A stretch of 64,000 bases of DNA from Octopus sinensis. Its lineage: Eukaryota. The notes below the pieces were generated by a model. The model was not told the DNA's origin and did not search any database. It saw only the letters and a list, made by a program, of their open reading frames with translations. Numbering within the stretch: the first letter of the stretch is position 1; every line of letters starts with the position of its first letter. The stretch is taken from NCBI RefSeq assembly GCF_006345805.1, contig NC_042999.1:98580001-98644000 (forward strand). The letters run 5' to 3'. Below are positions 28,950 through 42,145 of the stretch, piece after piece. The position numbers were made by a program, and so were the translations under genes.

Positions 28950-28958
<9 letters not shown>
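27555..28958. repeat. Tandem duplication, ~699 bp unit (SINE 3' half + LINE RT relic), bounded by (TG)n
   Basis: 'gtacccccagcatcgc' at 27571 and 28269; 'gccgaagcattatgtgtg' at 28241 and 28940. Confidence 0.9.
27790..28235 (-). pseudogene. CR1/L2-like LINE reverse transcriptase relic (duplicate at ~28489-28934)
   Basis: Minus translation NVDVGYLDFAKALNKIDHG..CHKLRGLGIVGKL.EW, then IASGVPK, YANDSK, WDE*NNMQFNAGKF: decayed RT motifs (D..YLDF.KAFD, SGVPQG, YADD, N.M.FN..K). Confidence 0.8.
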
Positions 28959-29014
<56 letters not shown>

Positions 29015-29128
29015 GTGTGTGTACGCACGCATGTGTTTGTGTGTGCATCGGTATAAGCTAAATATTAAAATATATATGTATACACTCACACACACACATA
29101 CGCACCGTGCGCGCACACACACACACAT

Positions 29129-29183
<55 letters not shown>

Positions 29184-29185
<2 letters not shown>

Positions 29186-29401
29186 AGGGATGGGTGCCGA
29201 AAAGTTCTTGGACTTAAGAGTACTGCGAAAGGGCCGGCTGGAGGCCCAGCCTTCCGAATACTTTTACAGGGCTAAGGAAAACTTAAGGACCGCTGCAATA
29301 AGTTTGTGAATCTGAGAGGGGAATACGTTGACTAAAATTATTATCAACTGATCCTATTGTATTTCCTTTTACCCAAAAGCCAGGAACTTTTCAGCAGCCT
29401 C

Positions 29402-29404
<3 letters not shown>
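29184..29404 (+). mobile_element. Mariner-derived MITE, older copy
   Basis: Decayed TIRs tgaggg...tgccgaaaagttcttgg / ccaggaacttttcagcagcctcttg; interior encodes KDRCNKFVNLRGEYVD*, like the mariner C-terminus 'RW.KC....G.Y.E*'. Confidence 0.8.
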
Positions 29405-29443
<39 letters not shown>

Positions 29444-29467
29444 TGTACGTGCGTACGTATGTGTGCG

Positions 29468-29517
<50 letters not shown>

Positions 29518-29807
29518 CACGTACATTCGCACACATACAGGTACACATTATATAACTCGTTATTTTCCCCTTTTCTATCTATCCATCTATCTATCTATCT
29601 ATCTTTTCTTTTTTTTTTCCCTCTACCCCCTTTTTTTAAAAAATCCTCCACTTTTTTTGACCTCTTTCTTTCCTTTTACGATCCCCTTTTGATCGAAAAC
29701 CAACCCCCTTTTTTTTTACCCCCAAAAGAAAAGCTCTACCTTGTAATTTGTTCTGTCTGTGTGCAGCCCTGTGTGTCTAATAAAGAAACATATCTATCTA
29801 TCCATCT

Positions 29808-29866
<59 letters not shown>

Positions 29867-31344
29867 ACCAAACATCCACTTAACTGTCTTTCTTCAGCTT
29901 TCCTTCCACTATACTTAACATTCAAAGTTTCTTGTATTCTCTTAAAACAAAGCATTTTCTTTTCTTGTCTATTCGTTGCAGCAATTCAATCCGCGTTTCT
30001 GAAACTCGACTAAATTCGTTATTCTATTTTACTGTTAATTTCTCTCTCGCACACATATATATGAATGAATAAAGAAAACCGTTATTCTTTCTTTCGGTTC
30101 CTACATAATGTTTCTTCCCTTCTTTCCTTTTTTTCCTTTTTTTCTCTCTTCTTTGTGTCTTTTTTTTTGTCGATTCTTCTGTTCCTTAATTTTTTAAAGT
30201 TCTCCGTCCCTTATCTCTCTCTTGCCTCTCGACCACTTTCCACATAAATCCAAGTTTTTATCTTTGTCTCCCCACCTCTCTCTCCCTCTTGGTCCCTTTC
30301 GGCGTCTCTATCTTTTCCTCTCCCTTTTCTCCCTTACTTTCTCTCCTTTCCTCTCCCCCTCACTCTCCCTCCCTCTTCCTTGCTCTTTCCACATGCGTGT
30401 GAATGAATCTGCATATCTGTTGCATCCTTTCTCATTACACACACCTCCCTCTGTCCCTCACTTCTCTCTGCCTATTTTTCTCTTTACTTCTTTTTCTCTC
30501 TCTTCTTTTCTCTCATTTGTATTCTTGCTTACTTTATCCCTGTGTGAGTGTGTTTGTGCGCGTGCGTGTACATGTGTGTCCTCCTTTGACTTTCTATTAT
30601 GTTTCTCTCACTATCACCCTCTTTCTCTCTCTCTTTGCCTCCCCCATTTTTCTCTATCACTGAACTCTCTCTCTCTCTCTCTCTCTTTCTTCCATCTCTA
30701 GTTCCTTTATTTTCTCTCTCTCAATGAATGTTTCTCTCATATGCTCTTCCTTTCTCGCCATACCACTGTCCTACTTCTCTTAAGTCTCTCTTGCTCTCTT
30801 TCTCTCCCTCCCTCTCCCTCTCCCTCTCTCTCTCCTTCCGTCTCTTCAACCATTAAATCCTGTTAACACTAAACACCTCCCCACCTCAACTCTATCACTT
30901 TTACACAAGATTGAATTTGTTCCATACACCAATTCCATTACACAATAAAGTTACACAAACACAACACAAACTCACACACAGTACATACATACACTCATAC
31001 ATCGCACATGATACATACACATGCAAAATAATCCATATACACACACACACTTATAATACATACACATACACATAAATAATGCTCGCGCGCGCGCGCACAC
31101 ACGTTCATTAATTTCACTTGAAGAATTTTTTTCTCAGTTTAGCACTAAAGATGGCTGTAAAAGGGATGATGAGATGGGGGCTGGAAGGAAGCAGGGGATA
31201 TGGAGTGAAGAAGTTCTTGAATCATAATTTCTTACACCCTGAAGTAAACAGCAAAACTGATAGATATAAAAGAAATAAAGCAAAAAAAAAAAAAAAAAAC
31301 AAAAACGAACGAACAGAAACATATAAAACGAAGAAGGCAAAACA

Positions 31345-31830
31345 CGAATAATAATAATAATACTAGCGACAACAACGGCAATATCAACAACAACAACAAC
31401 AATATCACCATCAGTACCAGCAACAGCAGCAACCATCGTCAGCATCATCATCAGTAGCAGCAGCAGCAGCAGCACCAGCACCGCCTCTATCACCACCATC
31501 ACCATCAACATCAACAGCAGCAACACAACAAAAACACCATCACCACCAGCACTACAGCAGCAGCAGCATCCATCATCACCACCATCACCACCACCACCTC
31601 TACCACCACCACTACCACCATCACCACCACCACCAGCATTAACAAAACCAACAACTTCAAGACCAACAACACCGCCACCTCCAACAATATCGCTGCCACC
31701 AACACCAGCACCAGTGCCAACCACCACTAAGACCGTAGCCACCACCAAAATCAACACCATCCACCACCAAAATCAACACCATCCACCACCAAAATCAACA
31801 CCATCCATCAACACAACAACAACAACAATG
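31345..31830. repeat. (CAN)n low-complexity tract with a 22-bp tandem repeat x3 (ccaccaccaaaatcaacaccat, 31739-31804)
   Basis: Directly visible. Confidence 0.9.
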
Positions 31831-33855
31831 TGTATATCTCTTCTACCTATGTTGCTCTTTCAAAGATTTTACAGAAATAAACAGATCTGATATGATTTCT
31901 CAGTTTTCCAAGAGCGTAACAGTTTGGATGGTTGAAAGTGGAGGTTGTGATGCTGGCTGGACGGATGGTTAGGTGAGCGAGTGAATGGGATGGGTGGGTG
32001 GCTGGTTGAATTTGTTTTGCACAGTTCCACCCTTTCCTGTCGCTTTCCCGCAAGCTCTGACTTCCATTTTATCCTTTTCCAACCATATTAAGCGTAAAAG
32101 TGAGAAAATTAAAGTGTAACAGCTATGTATGTATGTATGTATGTATGTATGTATGTATGTATGTATGTATGTATGTATGTATGTACGTATGTATGTATGT
32201 ATGTATGTACGTATGTGTTGTGTATTGTTTTGTGTCTTTGTGTATGAGTGTGTGTATTATGTGTTCATTGAGTCTTTGTGTGTGTATTGTGTGTGTATAT
32301 GTATGTGTGCATGTATGCATTGTGTAATGAAATTGATGTATGGAATGACATAACTTGAAATAAATTCGGAATAGTGGAAGAGGAAGTGTTAACCAGATTT
32401 AATGGTTGAGAAAAGATTGGGAGAAAGAGAGACACTGAGAGAGAGAGAGAAAGAAACAAAGAGTGGAAGTAAGAAAGAAAGAAAGAAAAGAGAGAGAGAG
32501 GGAGAAAGAAAGAGAGGGTGAGAGAGAGAGAGAGAGAGACATCGCAGGGGAGAGATTGAGAGAGGGAAAGAAAGTGAGAGAGTTAGAGAAGCATGGATGA
32601 GAAGAGAGAAATGGAGAGTGATATGGGACAAGTAATATAAAGAAAATTAAACAGTTGTAGAACAGAAAAAATTAAAACGATAAAGGAAATAATGAGAAGG
32701 ATGAGACAGAAGAAGAAGAAGAAGAAGAAGAAGAAGAGGGATGATGAAGTACTGGAGAGAGGAAAGCAGAGAGATGAGAAAGAGAAGCGGGTGGAAAAGA
32801 GAAAAAAGGGGAGACAAGAAGAGCAAAACGTGAAGAAGACTAAGCAAAGGAGAGGATAAAACAAAAGGAATAGATAGATAGATAGAGTATCAAAAAAAAA
32901 AATTGGAAGTGAAAGAGTAAAAGTAAGAGAGGTAGAGATAGAAAAAGAAAAGGGAGGCGATGAGAGAGTGGTGGAGATGGGGCAAAGAGAAAGAGAGGGG
33001 GAGAGGGGTCGGAGAGAAAGAGAGAGGAGGAAACGGAGAGAAAGAGAGAGAGGAGGACACGGAGAGATAGAGATAAAGAGAAACGGGGGAGGAGGGAATC
33101 GGAGAGAAAGCGAGAGAGGAGAGGGAGAGGCGGAGAAAAAGAGAAGGACTTTTGCAAAAGAGCAAAGAAGGAGGGAGAGATGAAAACAGAAAGCCAGTGA
33201 GAGAGAAAAAGAGAGATGCACGCACATGCACGCGCGCGCGCACGCACACACACGCACACCACACACACACACACACACACATGCACACACGCACACACAC
33301 ACGCACACACACACACACACACGCATGCACGCATGCACGCACCATAAATATGGAAAGCAAGGCAGTGAGAAAGTGGGCTGTGACAAAAATAGATGCAATG
33401 ATAGATTGGAAAAAAAGGAGAGCGTGAATAAGAGAGAGACAAGTATAAAGTAAAGAGTGAGACATTGAGACATACACATACACACACACACGTGTGTGTG
33501 TGTACACATACATACGTACCGCAACTACGTGCGTGTGCACGCAAACATGCACGCACGAATGCGAGCATGGAAAGCACGCCCGCAAACGTGCACGTATGCA
33601 TGCAAATAGTCGCACTCAGCCACGCAGATGAAAAGCTGAAAAGCAAGCAAACGTGCACAGAAGTGAGACAGAGCGGGAGAAAGAAAGAGAGAGAGAGAGA
33701 TGGATGGAAGGGAGAGATAGAGAGGGAAAGAATAGAGAGAGTGACTGCACGAGCGACAGATATAAGTGAGAGTGAGACACACGCACACACATACACACAG
33801 AGGCACAGACACGCACATGCAGACACATACGCACGTCGATATACACAGTGGAGAA

Positions 33856-33887
<32 letters not shown>

Positions 33888-34654
33888 CAGGAGTGACAGA
33901 TATAGTAGAGAGTGACATACACACGCGAGTGCGCACGCACACGCACACACACACATGCAAACACAGGCAGACACATGTGCACGTGGATATACACAGTGAA
34001 GAGGGAGAAAGACTGAGTGTGACAGACAAAGAAAGAGACAGATAAAAAGAGAAAGAGAGAGAGAGACAGAAAGACAGAAAGGGAAGTGAGAGAGAAAGAG
34101 AGAGAGAGAGAGACATATAGAGATGCATATGCTGTATTGCCGACTATATACCATTGTAGTTGCAGCATGCACTGAAGCAGAATGCAGTAAAGCATAATTT
34201 CTCTGTGAACTTGCAACAACAGCTGCACTAAATCTTCAATAGCAGTCATATGATGACAACCGCTTCTTTACTCAAAAATTTCTCTTCTTTTTATTTTCTT
34301 TTTCTAGAACAAACTTTTTTCTTTCATTTTTGTTGTTCCTTTCTTTCATTTGTTTTTTTTTTTTCATTTTTCTTTATATGCTTTTTCCGATTCTTTTTCC
34401 AAGCTTTGGAACATGTTGCTGCTACTGCTGTTGCTGCAGTTGCTGCTGTTTTTGTTGTCGCAGTCTTGTTCGTATTCTTTTCTCCTTCAGGCACAAGGCC
34501 CGAAATTTTGAGGGGAGGGGCACCCGTCGATTAGTTCGACTCCAGTACATATGTGGTACTTAATTTATCGATCCCGAAAGGATGAAAGACAAAGTCGACC
34601 TCGGCGGAATTTGAACTCAGAACGTAAAACAGTTCCTCCCCTTGTTTGTTCTTA

Positions 34655-34699
34655 ACACAACGTTTCGGTTGATAAACCCTCCAGCTTTCATCAGGTGTC
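34655..34699 (-). ncRNA. Minimal type I hammerhead ribozyme motif (Penelope-type), left arm, stem II decayed
   Basis: Minus strand reads GACAC CTGATGA A AGCTG gagggtttat CAACC GAAA CG T T GTGT: core CUGAUGA/GAAA, stem I ACAC/GTGT, palindromic ACGT stem III, GUU triplet. Confidence 0.6.
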
Positions 34700-34776
34700 T
34701 TGGGGAAATTTCGAACGTGGGTTTTTATTTCTACGGTATTTTTTCTTTTTTTTCTTTCTCTTTTTTTCTTTTTCGA

Positions 34777-34839
<63 letters not shown>

Positions 34840-34955
34840 CATCATCATCATTATTATTATTTAGGTCACTGCCTGGAATCGAACTCAGAATCTTGGGATT
34901 GGTCGCCCGCGTTCTTAACCCCAAGGTTCCGAGTTCGATTCCAGGCAGTGACCTA

Positions 34956-35016
<61 letters not shown>

Positions 35017-35072
35017 TCGAAAAAGAAAAAAAATGCCTTAGGAATGAGAACCCAGGTTCGAAATTTCCCCAA

Positions 35073-35111
35073 GACACCTGATGAAGAGTATATCAGCCGA
35101 AACGCTGTGTT
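35073..35111 (+). ncRNA. Minimal hammerhead motif, right arm, degenerate
   Basis: GACAC CTGATGA A gagtatat CAGCC GAAA CG C T GTGT: 5' strand of stem II deleted and U16.1 changed to C, so predicted inactive. Confidence 0.5.
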
Positions 35112-36795
35112 AATAACAAACAAGATGAGGACAAATATCCGTCAATTGTAAATAATGCAAACTCAGAACGTAAAGACTGACAAAATACCTATTTCTTTAC
35201 TACTCACAAGGAGCTAAACACAGAGGAGACAAATAAGGACAGACAAACGGATTAAGTCGATTATATCGACCCCAGTGCGTAACTGGTACTTATTTAATCG
35301 ACCCCGAAAGGATGAAAGACAAAATTGACCTCGGCGGAATTTGAACTCAGAACGTAGCGGCAGACGAAATGCCGCTGAGTATTTCGCCCGGCGTGCTAAC
35401 GTTTCTGCCACCTCGCCGCCTTACAATTTATGTTCATATTGTTGATGTTGATGTTGCTGATGAAGTTATTGTTCTTGATATTGTTATTGTCGTCCTTTGG
35501 TTGTTGTTGTTGTTTAGTTTCACAAAGTTGGCACGGCACTGATCGAGTAGATCTTTGAATCATAGGCGTTCCAACTGAGACAATAGCATCTTATTTTGGG
35601 ACGTTGTGTATCTAGGATCTTAGTGTTTATTGAGATACTTTAAGTCAGTCAGGTGTGATTATAAGGACATTTTTGCCGATGTCTCAAGCAGAGATTATAT
35701 AAAGAATTCATTGTAGGCACATGTTGGGGTGCTTGTGTTGTCTAGCTCAGGGTCATCTTTGGTCAAAGCAGAACTGTGATCGAAGACATTCCAGCTGTTG
35801 ACTATTTCGTCACTACCTGTGCAGTTGATCCAGGAGATTTGAGGGAAATTTGGTTTATTATTTCTAGCATGTTGAAAAACCTCGTAGAGGATCCCTCATT
35901 GTTTCATGTTACTTTGGTGGTTGTCCCTGAACGAGCAGGCCTACAATCAAAGGCGTTTCATCCGTAACTACTCAATTCTTTTGTATATCTAGGTGTGTCC
36001 AATGTTGACTTTTGCTCAGACTGCATGTGAAATTTTGGAAGGTGGATGAGGGTACATATAGGTACTATTTTTAGCATTTTGTGTGACCACATAAGCCCCC
36101 ACCCTCCTCCTTACCTTGTAGCTGGCTTCAATGTGGTTTCTGGAACTGTTTAGAAATTATAGCTAAATCTCCCCCAAAGCAGACTCTACCGTCTTAGAAT
36201 ATAAAGCACACCAATAATATAGCCTATTGGCTATTAGTTGTTGTTGTTAATGTTGTTATTTAACCCTAGGTCAGCATTGACCAAGCAGATCTTTGATCAA
36301 AGCATTCTAACCGTGACCATCACTTCTTTTATCCTATGTGCAGAGAAATCAGAGTAAAATTATCCAGGATCTTTTTCTGAAACAGTACGATGTGATTTGA
36401 TAGAAATTTGGTGATAATTTCAAGAAGGTCAAACGATCTCCAAGGTGTGCCCTTGCTGCTGTTAAATCTCTAATTTGGCCTTAATAAAACAAGGGGGTTA
36501 TACCCGTTTCCGTCTCTTCTTTTTAAATATGTAATATATCCAGTTCTATATTATCTTAAATGCAAATTGTTTTACTAACAAAACCTAGTGCTCCAATTAT
36601 TATTGGTATGAATATGAATTCATAGTCTGGATATAGAAGCTGGAGGTTTCGAAGCAGTTGTCCACAGATATCCTCTTTTTCTTTGATTTACAAAGAGATA
36701 TTTATATCTGCAGTGACGGTACATACATTTGCCCCTCTGTCCCAAACAACAATATCCAGCATATTATGTTTACATTTGACACAAGTTTTGATGGA

Positions 36796-36826
<31 letters not shown>

Positions 36827-36858
36827 TGTATGTATGTATGTATGTATGTATGTATCTT

Positions 36859-36907
<49 letters not shown>

Positions 36908-37068
36908 CAAATCCTGTTCTGTTGTTCTATTCTGTTCTATTCTATCTGACTCTCCCTCTCGCCCCGTTCTCTCTCTCTCTCTTTCTCTCTCTCATTCTCC
37001 CTCTTTTACTCTCTTTCTCACACGCTCTCGTTCTTTCTTTTCCTGTCTTTCTGTGTGTGTGTGTGTGT

Positions 37069-37112
<44 letters not shown>

Positions 37113-37973
37113 TGTGTGTGTGTGTGAATTGGCTACGCCGAAGAGAGACAAGAAAGGCACGTTCGCATTGCAACCCCACCAATCACATGATCCCTTATTA
37201 TATATGAGGGCACGATAACGATTGGATGAATTCTAGTTCGAAGAAGTAAAACTTCACAAAGCCAACGACAGCAACAACATCAAAAACGACGAGTCAATAA
37301 AGAAACCTCAACGCAATCATCGAATCTTTTGGAAACAACAGCTGCATTCTACACTCAAATCACACACTACTATCTCCAAAACAAGAAATGCACATTGGAT
37401 AATACATTTCTAGGTTATACAGTATGGTCATGGTCGTAACGCTTTTGATCTAGGTCTTCTCGATCAGACCATATCTAAAAAGCAACAACAACAACAACAG
37501 AAACAACTTATGCATTCCTCCCTATTACACTGCCATAAGTATGTAGAGTAGAAAAATGGTTAAAGAAATGCTAGGCGTAATCAGAATAAACAAGGTATTG
37601 ACAACATTCTAGGATCGAATGAACGCGATAAATGTGACGGTTTAATATATGTTCTTTGTTTTGTTTATACGTGTGCGTGTGTGAGTGCGTGTATGTGTGT
37701 GTGCGTGTGTGCGAGCGTGCTTGTCTAACTTATGCATTGGGGTTGTACGCTTTTCCTTTCTATTTTTTTCCAAGTTTCGTTCTTATCAGCTCTGGAGAAA
37801 GGTTGTCTGTTTATAACATGAGGAGATGAAGTAAAAGTTGGGGTGAGTATATATATATATATATATATGCACATACATACTTATACATATATATGTATGT
37901 GTCTGTATGGGTGTGTGCACAAATGTGTGTGTTTGTGTGTGTATATATATATATGTGTGTGTGTGTGTGCGTG

Positions 37974-38028
<55 letters not shown>

Positions 38029-38155
38029 TGTGTACACGTGTATGTATACGTACATATGAATACATGTATGCAGGCATGTTTATATACGTATGTATGAATG
38101 ATGTGTGTGTGTGTGTATGAAATAGAGAAGGAAAAGGAGACTGTTACGTAGGTAA

Positions 38156-38245
<90 letters not shown>

Positions 38246-38635
38246 TGGCAGTCAGGTAGACAGATAGACAGAGAGATAGGTAAAAATAAACAAATATAGG
38301 TATGATAGATAGTTGAATGAATGGATGCACGGGTGACATGCATGTGTAGATGGAGCAACTGCGAGATGAATGTATGAACGTTTGTCAGGCAAGATAGATA
38401 TTAAAGATGTAAATAAATAGACGGGTGGTTTGATAGAGAAATAGATGAATAATTAGACATATACGGAAAGAAAGAAGTTAAATATGAAAGCCAGAAGTCT
38501 ATGAGTAAGAGACAAGAGAATAAAATGGTAGGAAAAGATCATGTATCTGTAAACGGGTTTACGTACAAGATGAATCTATGAGCAAAGCAGAACTCAATAC
38601 TTGTGTTGAATATGTATTTAATAAGTGGAGATATA

Positions 38636-38848
38636 CGAGGGTGTGCTGAAAGGTTCCTGGCTTTAGGTAAAAGAAAATACAGGATGTTCCGTTAATTATG
38701 ATTTTATTCAACATATTTTCTCAGATTCACACACTTATTTTAGCGGTCCTTCAGTTTTTTTTAAACCCTGTAAAAGAACTCGGAAAGTTTGGCCTCCAAC
38801 CAGGCCTTTCACGATACTCTTAAAGCCTGGAACTTTTCAGCACGCTCG
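38636..38848 (-). mobile_element. Mariner-derived MITE (213 bp)
   Basis: TA TSD; TIRs CGAGGGTGTGCTGAAAGGTTCCTGGCTTTA / TAAAGCCTGGAACTTTTCAGCACGCTCG; interior is the decayed reverse complement of the 29184 copy. Confidence 0.85.
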
Positions 38849-40975
38849 TAGTTCTGGCTTGCTCATAACTTTGTCTTCTGGTCTGGACATTTCTCAGATG
38901 TGGTTGGTTGATTGAAAACCTTCATAGTCCATTTCATCTCTCCTTCACACATTTTCTTTCTCACTATCATAAACACACGCACACACACACATACATGTAT
39001 ATACACACACGTTTATACATATATGCATACATACATATGCATATACTTACAGATATACATTCACATACATATAGTTACACGCACACACACGCAAACACAC
39101 ATATATTTATGTATGTATACACATACATACACACACACACACACATACACACACACACACACACACATATGCATACAAAGAGTATGAGTGGTGGAGTGTA
39201 GGGGCGGGCTGGCAGAGATATCATCATTTTTAAAAATCGGTTTTAATGTGTTACAATCAGTTGCCCTTTCTGACAATAACACTTTCTATTACTTCTTACG
39301 ATAAACAAGAATACAGTGTACTTGTTCTGCAAGCCTCTGATGAAGGCTGCATGGTAATTTTCTTTTTATAGATGAGCCTCTGGCAGATTTTCCTTCGTTG
39401 ATTCTTATGCTAGTAGTGGCCAAGATGGACTCAGTTGAAATGCAACTGTTGATGTTTTCTCTATATCTTTCCTTGATAGTTTTCATCCAATTGCACTTTT
39501 TTCCTCATATTTATAAGTTTTATTGTTGGTATTTTTGTGTGGATATTATTTTTGTGGTTGTCTAAGGCTGAGTGGGATAGTATTTCTTAATTTAATGTTA
39601 TAGTAGCGTCACCAAGATGAGTTGTTGTTTAGCGTCAGGTCAACCCTAATCGACCAGATATATGATAAAAGATATTTCAGTGGTTTCGTATTTCAGAGTT
39701 ATTTAGGATTACATTATCCAATGTTCTGTTACAATTTTCTTAGAGTTGTAGAATCTGATTTGTGATAGATTTTTTTTAATTCTTGAAAATCGAGTGACTG
39801 CTTAAAGAATACCTCGATTACTTGAGTTTTTGTAGATCGGATAAGGGATGGGTTGATAATGTTTCCAATAATAAAGTTGGGAGGATTCATTTGATTGCAT
39901 CCGCTCCCTTTCAAATCAGCGCTTTTGTGCCCATTAAAGAAATACTTATCACTGTGACATTGCTGTAAACTACATCTCTTACTAAATTATTTTTGTCTTA
40001 TTCCCTAGAATAACATCTGTCAGTTACTTTCAGGGCTTCCTTTAACTGAAGAAAGCTTTATAGAGAGTAAAAGGAGAAATTATATCAGTTGTTTGCTTGT
40101 TTATTTTGTTGTGATATCGTAGAAGATATATAGCAAGCGGGAAATGTCAAGCATTTCAATGAAAAGATAAGATAAAAAAGCAAAGCTTGAAAATCAGAAA
40201 AGAAAAAAAATCTATAAAAATTTTGTAGGTGAATGATTAAAAAGTTAACATAAACAAAATGATGGCGTTAAAGAAAACCACTTCAAGAGAAAGACATAAT
40301 TTATTTGAGTTGGATAATAAAAGTCAATAGAAAAACGAAACAAAATATTGCGCACTGCTACCATAGTTTCTCTCTCCATCCAGCATGTTCAACCACCAAA
40401 ACATTAGTTACACTGTTTTGTCTCATTTTCTGTTTTTCTCTTGGCCTGCTTTCTTGATTAATTGAATATTCACTCTGGTATCTCAGAGACTAGTGAAGCT
40501 AGAAAGTCGAGATTTTTTTTAATGATTATTTTTTAGAGATAGAAAAATAAAGTATCTTTTAGTTGTTTTGCATAATTTTGCTTTATCAAGTTGTTTGAAT
40601 ATTAAATAAGCAACTCCGTTCAACATGAAATTTACATAGGAAAAGAAATTGCATTAGAAATACATCCATGCACACAGTTACAAGGCAACATCATTTATTT
40701 CAGACACTGGTGGTTGTAATAGTAGTGCGAAATATTCAGATATTGACCACATATGTAGAGAGAAATCTTAGTTCCTGTTTGTTCGTTAACATGTGGGTTA
40801 ATTTTGGGAGAATTATTACTCCAGTTAACGTAAACCTACGAAGGCATAAGTGAATCCTTACGATTATCTTTTCACAACCATGCCGTCACAGATTCACCCA
40901 CACACGCAGTATCTTTGTCAAAAGGTTTTACCGTTATCTCGGGTACATTGGCCGGAGTAAACATGTTTGTGAAAG

Positions 40976-41038
<63 letters not shown>

Positions 41039-41102
41039 TATGCATACACGTACATCTGTGCTTGTATGTGTGTATGTGTGAATATATGTGTGTGCATGTA
41101 TG

Positions 41103-41146
<44 letters not shown>

Positions 41147-41337
41147 CATACACAAGAGCGCATCAAAGAACTCTTATTTTAGTGTAACTGTATCCTACGT
41201 TGGTTTTTGTGCTTAAGTGCATGGTTTACCTACGTGATCTTGTGAACGTATGCGCTTGTGTGTAATATTGTACAAGTCACTGCAAAGTTTTATGTCTATC
41301 GGTATGATTATGCGTGTAAGTGCGTGTATGTGTATAG

Positions 41338-41422
<85 letters not shown>

Positions 41423-42145
41423 TGTGCACGCGTGTGAATTCTAAATACAAAACCTCAGGAAATTGGTTTTGTTTTTATGCGTCGTCAGTGAAGTCGTACG
41501 AGAGAATGAAAAAAGAAATATTGATTTATTATTAACTCCACTAAAATCCTTGTTATAAAAGAGAATATAGAATTCGATTTGCAGCTATTTGCGAATGTAG
41601 ACGATATTTAGATATAGCTGACGTTAGATTTCAACGAATGAAAAAAGAACTTTTCCATTACCTTGCATTACAATACATTCGACAACATTTCTTTTGAAGA
41701 AAGTCGTCATCATAAGCATAGCATTATTAAAGTATGTTTCATTTTGTTTTATACCTCAACGCACTACATTTTCATTATTTCCTTTGACATCACTATCAAC
41801 ATCAACTGCAATTATAGCAGAGACATATCTGTAACATCGGCAGCATGTAAGAATAAGAACAATTATATCAACAGAACTGTAACTTTATTAACCTCTCAAA
41901 TTCTATATTGAATAATAAAATATAATTTATCAGAATCTCTGGATCAATTTCTAACAAGTAAACCATCTGCAAACCGACGAGAGAGAGGAGAGAGGGAGAG
42001 GAAGATAGGGTGAGTGGAAGAGAGTAAGAGCAGGCAGGTAGAGATATCACCGCTATTACAATCTGTTTTAATACTGGCATAGTTTGGAGGGCGGAGAAAC
42101 TTAATACTACGATATAACTGTAAGTGCAAAAGAATCCGTAACGTC

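Larger units (their letters stand above)
34629..35159. mobile_element. Inverted (head-to-head) dimer of a tRNA-headed element with (AAT)n and a Penelope-like tail
   Basis: Arms ~34634-34900 and ~34917-35131 are reverse complements; B-box-like GAGTTCGATTCC in both; 15-bp direct repeat aactcagaacgtaaa at 34614-34628 and 35160-35174. Confidence 0.8.
34495..35421 (-). mobile_element. SINE family A multimer (minus), split by the inverted dimer
   Basis: Sequence 34495-34628 continues in register at 35160; same tail-to-interior junction (aaatacctatttctttac) at ~35185-35200. Confidence 0.8.

Noticed and set aside
31134-31760. 208-aa Val/Gly-rich ORF that looks like a membrane or low-complexity protein
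   Set aside because: Derived from a (CAN)n tract; no supported exon boundaries, and other frames are equally open.
32583-34249. Long minus-strand ORFs (313, 469 and 241 aa)
   Set aside because: Translations of (GA)n/(CA)n simple repeats (LSLSL, CVCVC), which lack stops by composition; no domain or splice structure.
39325-39350. CTGATGAAGGCTG hammerhead-like half
   Set aside because: No matching stem II strand or GAAAC/NUH nearby; same for CTGACGAAAGGC at ~48015.
40704-40754. Possible 51-nt phase 1-1 cassette exon (DTGGCNSSAKYSDIDHI)
   Set aside because: Weak donor (gtagag) and no place for it in the VFT alignment.
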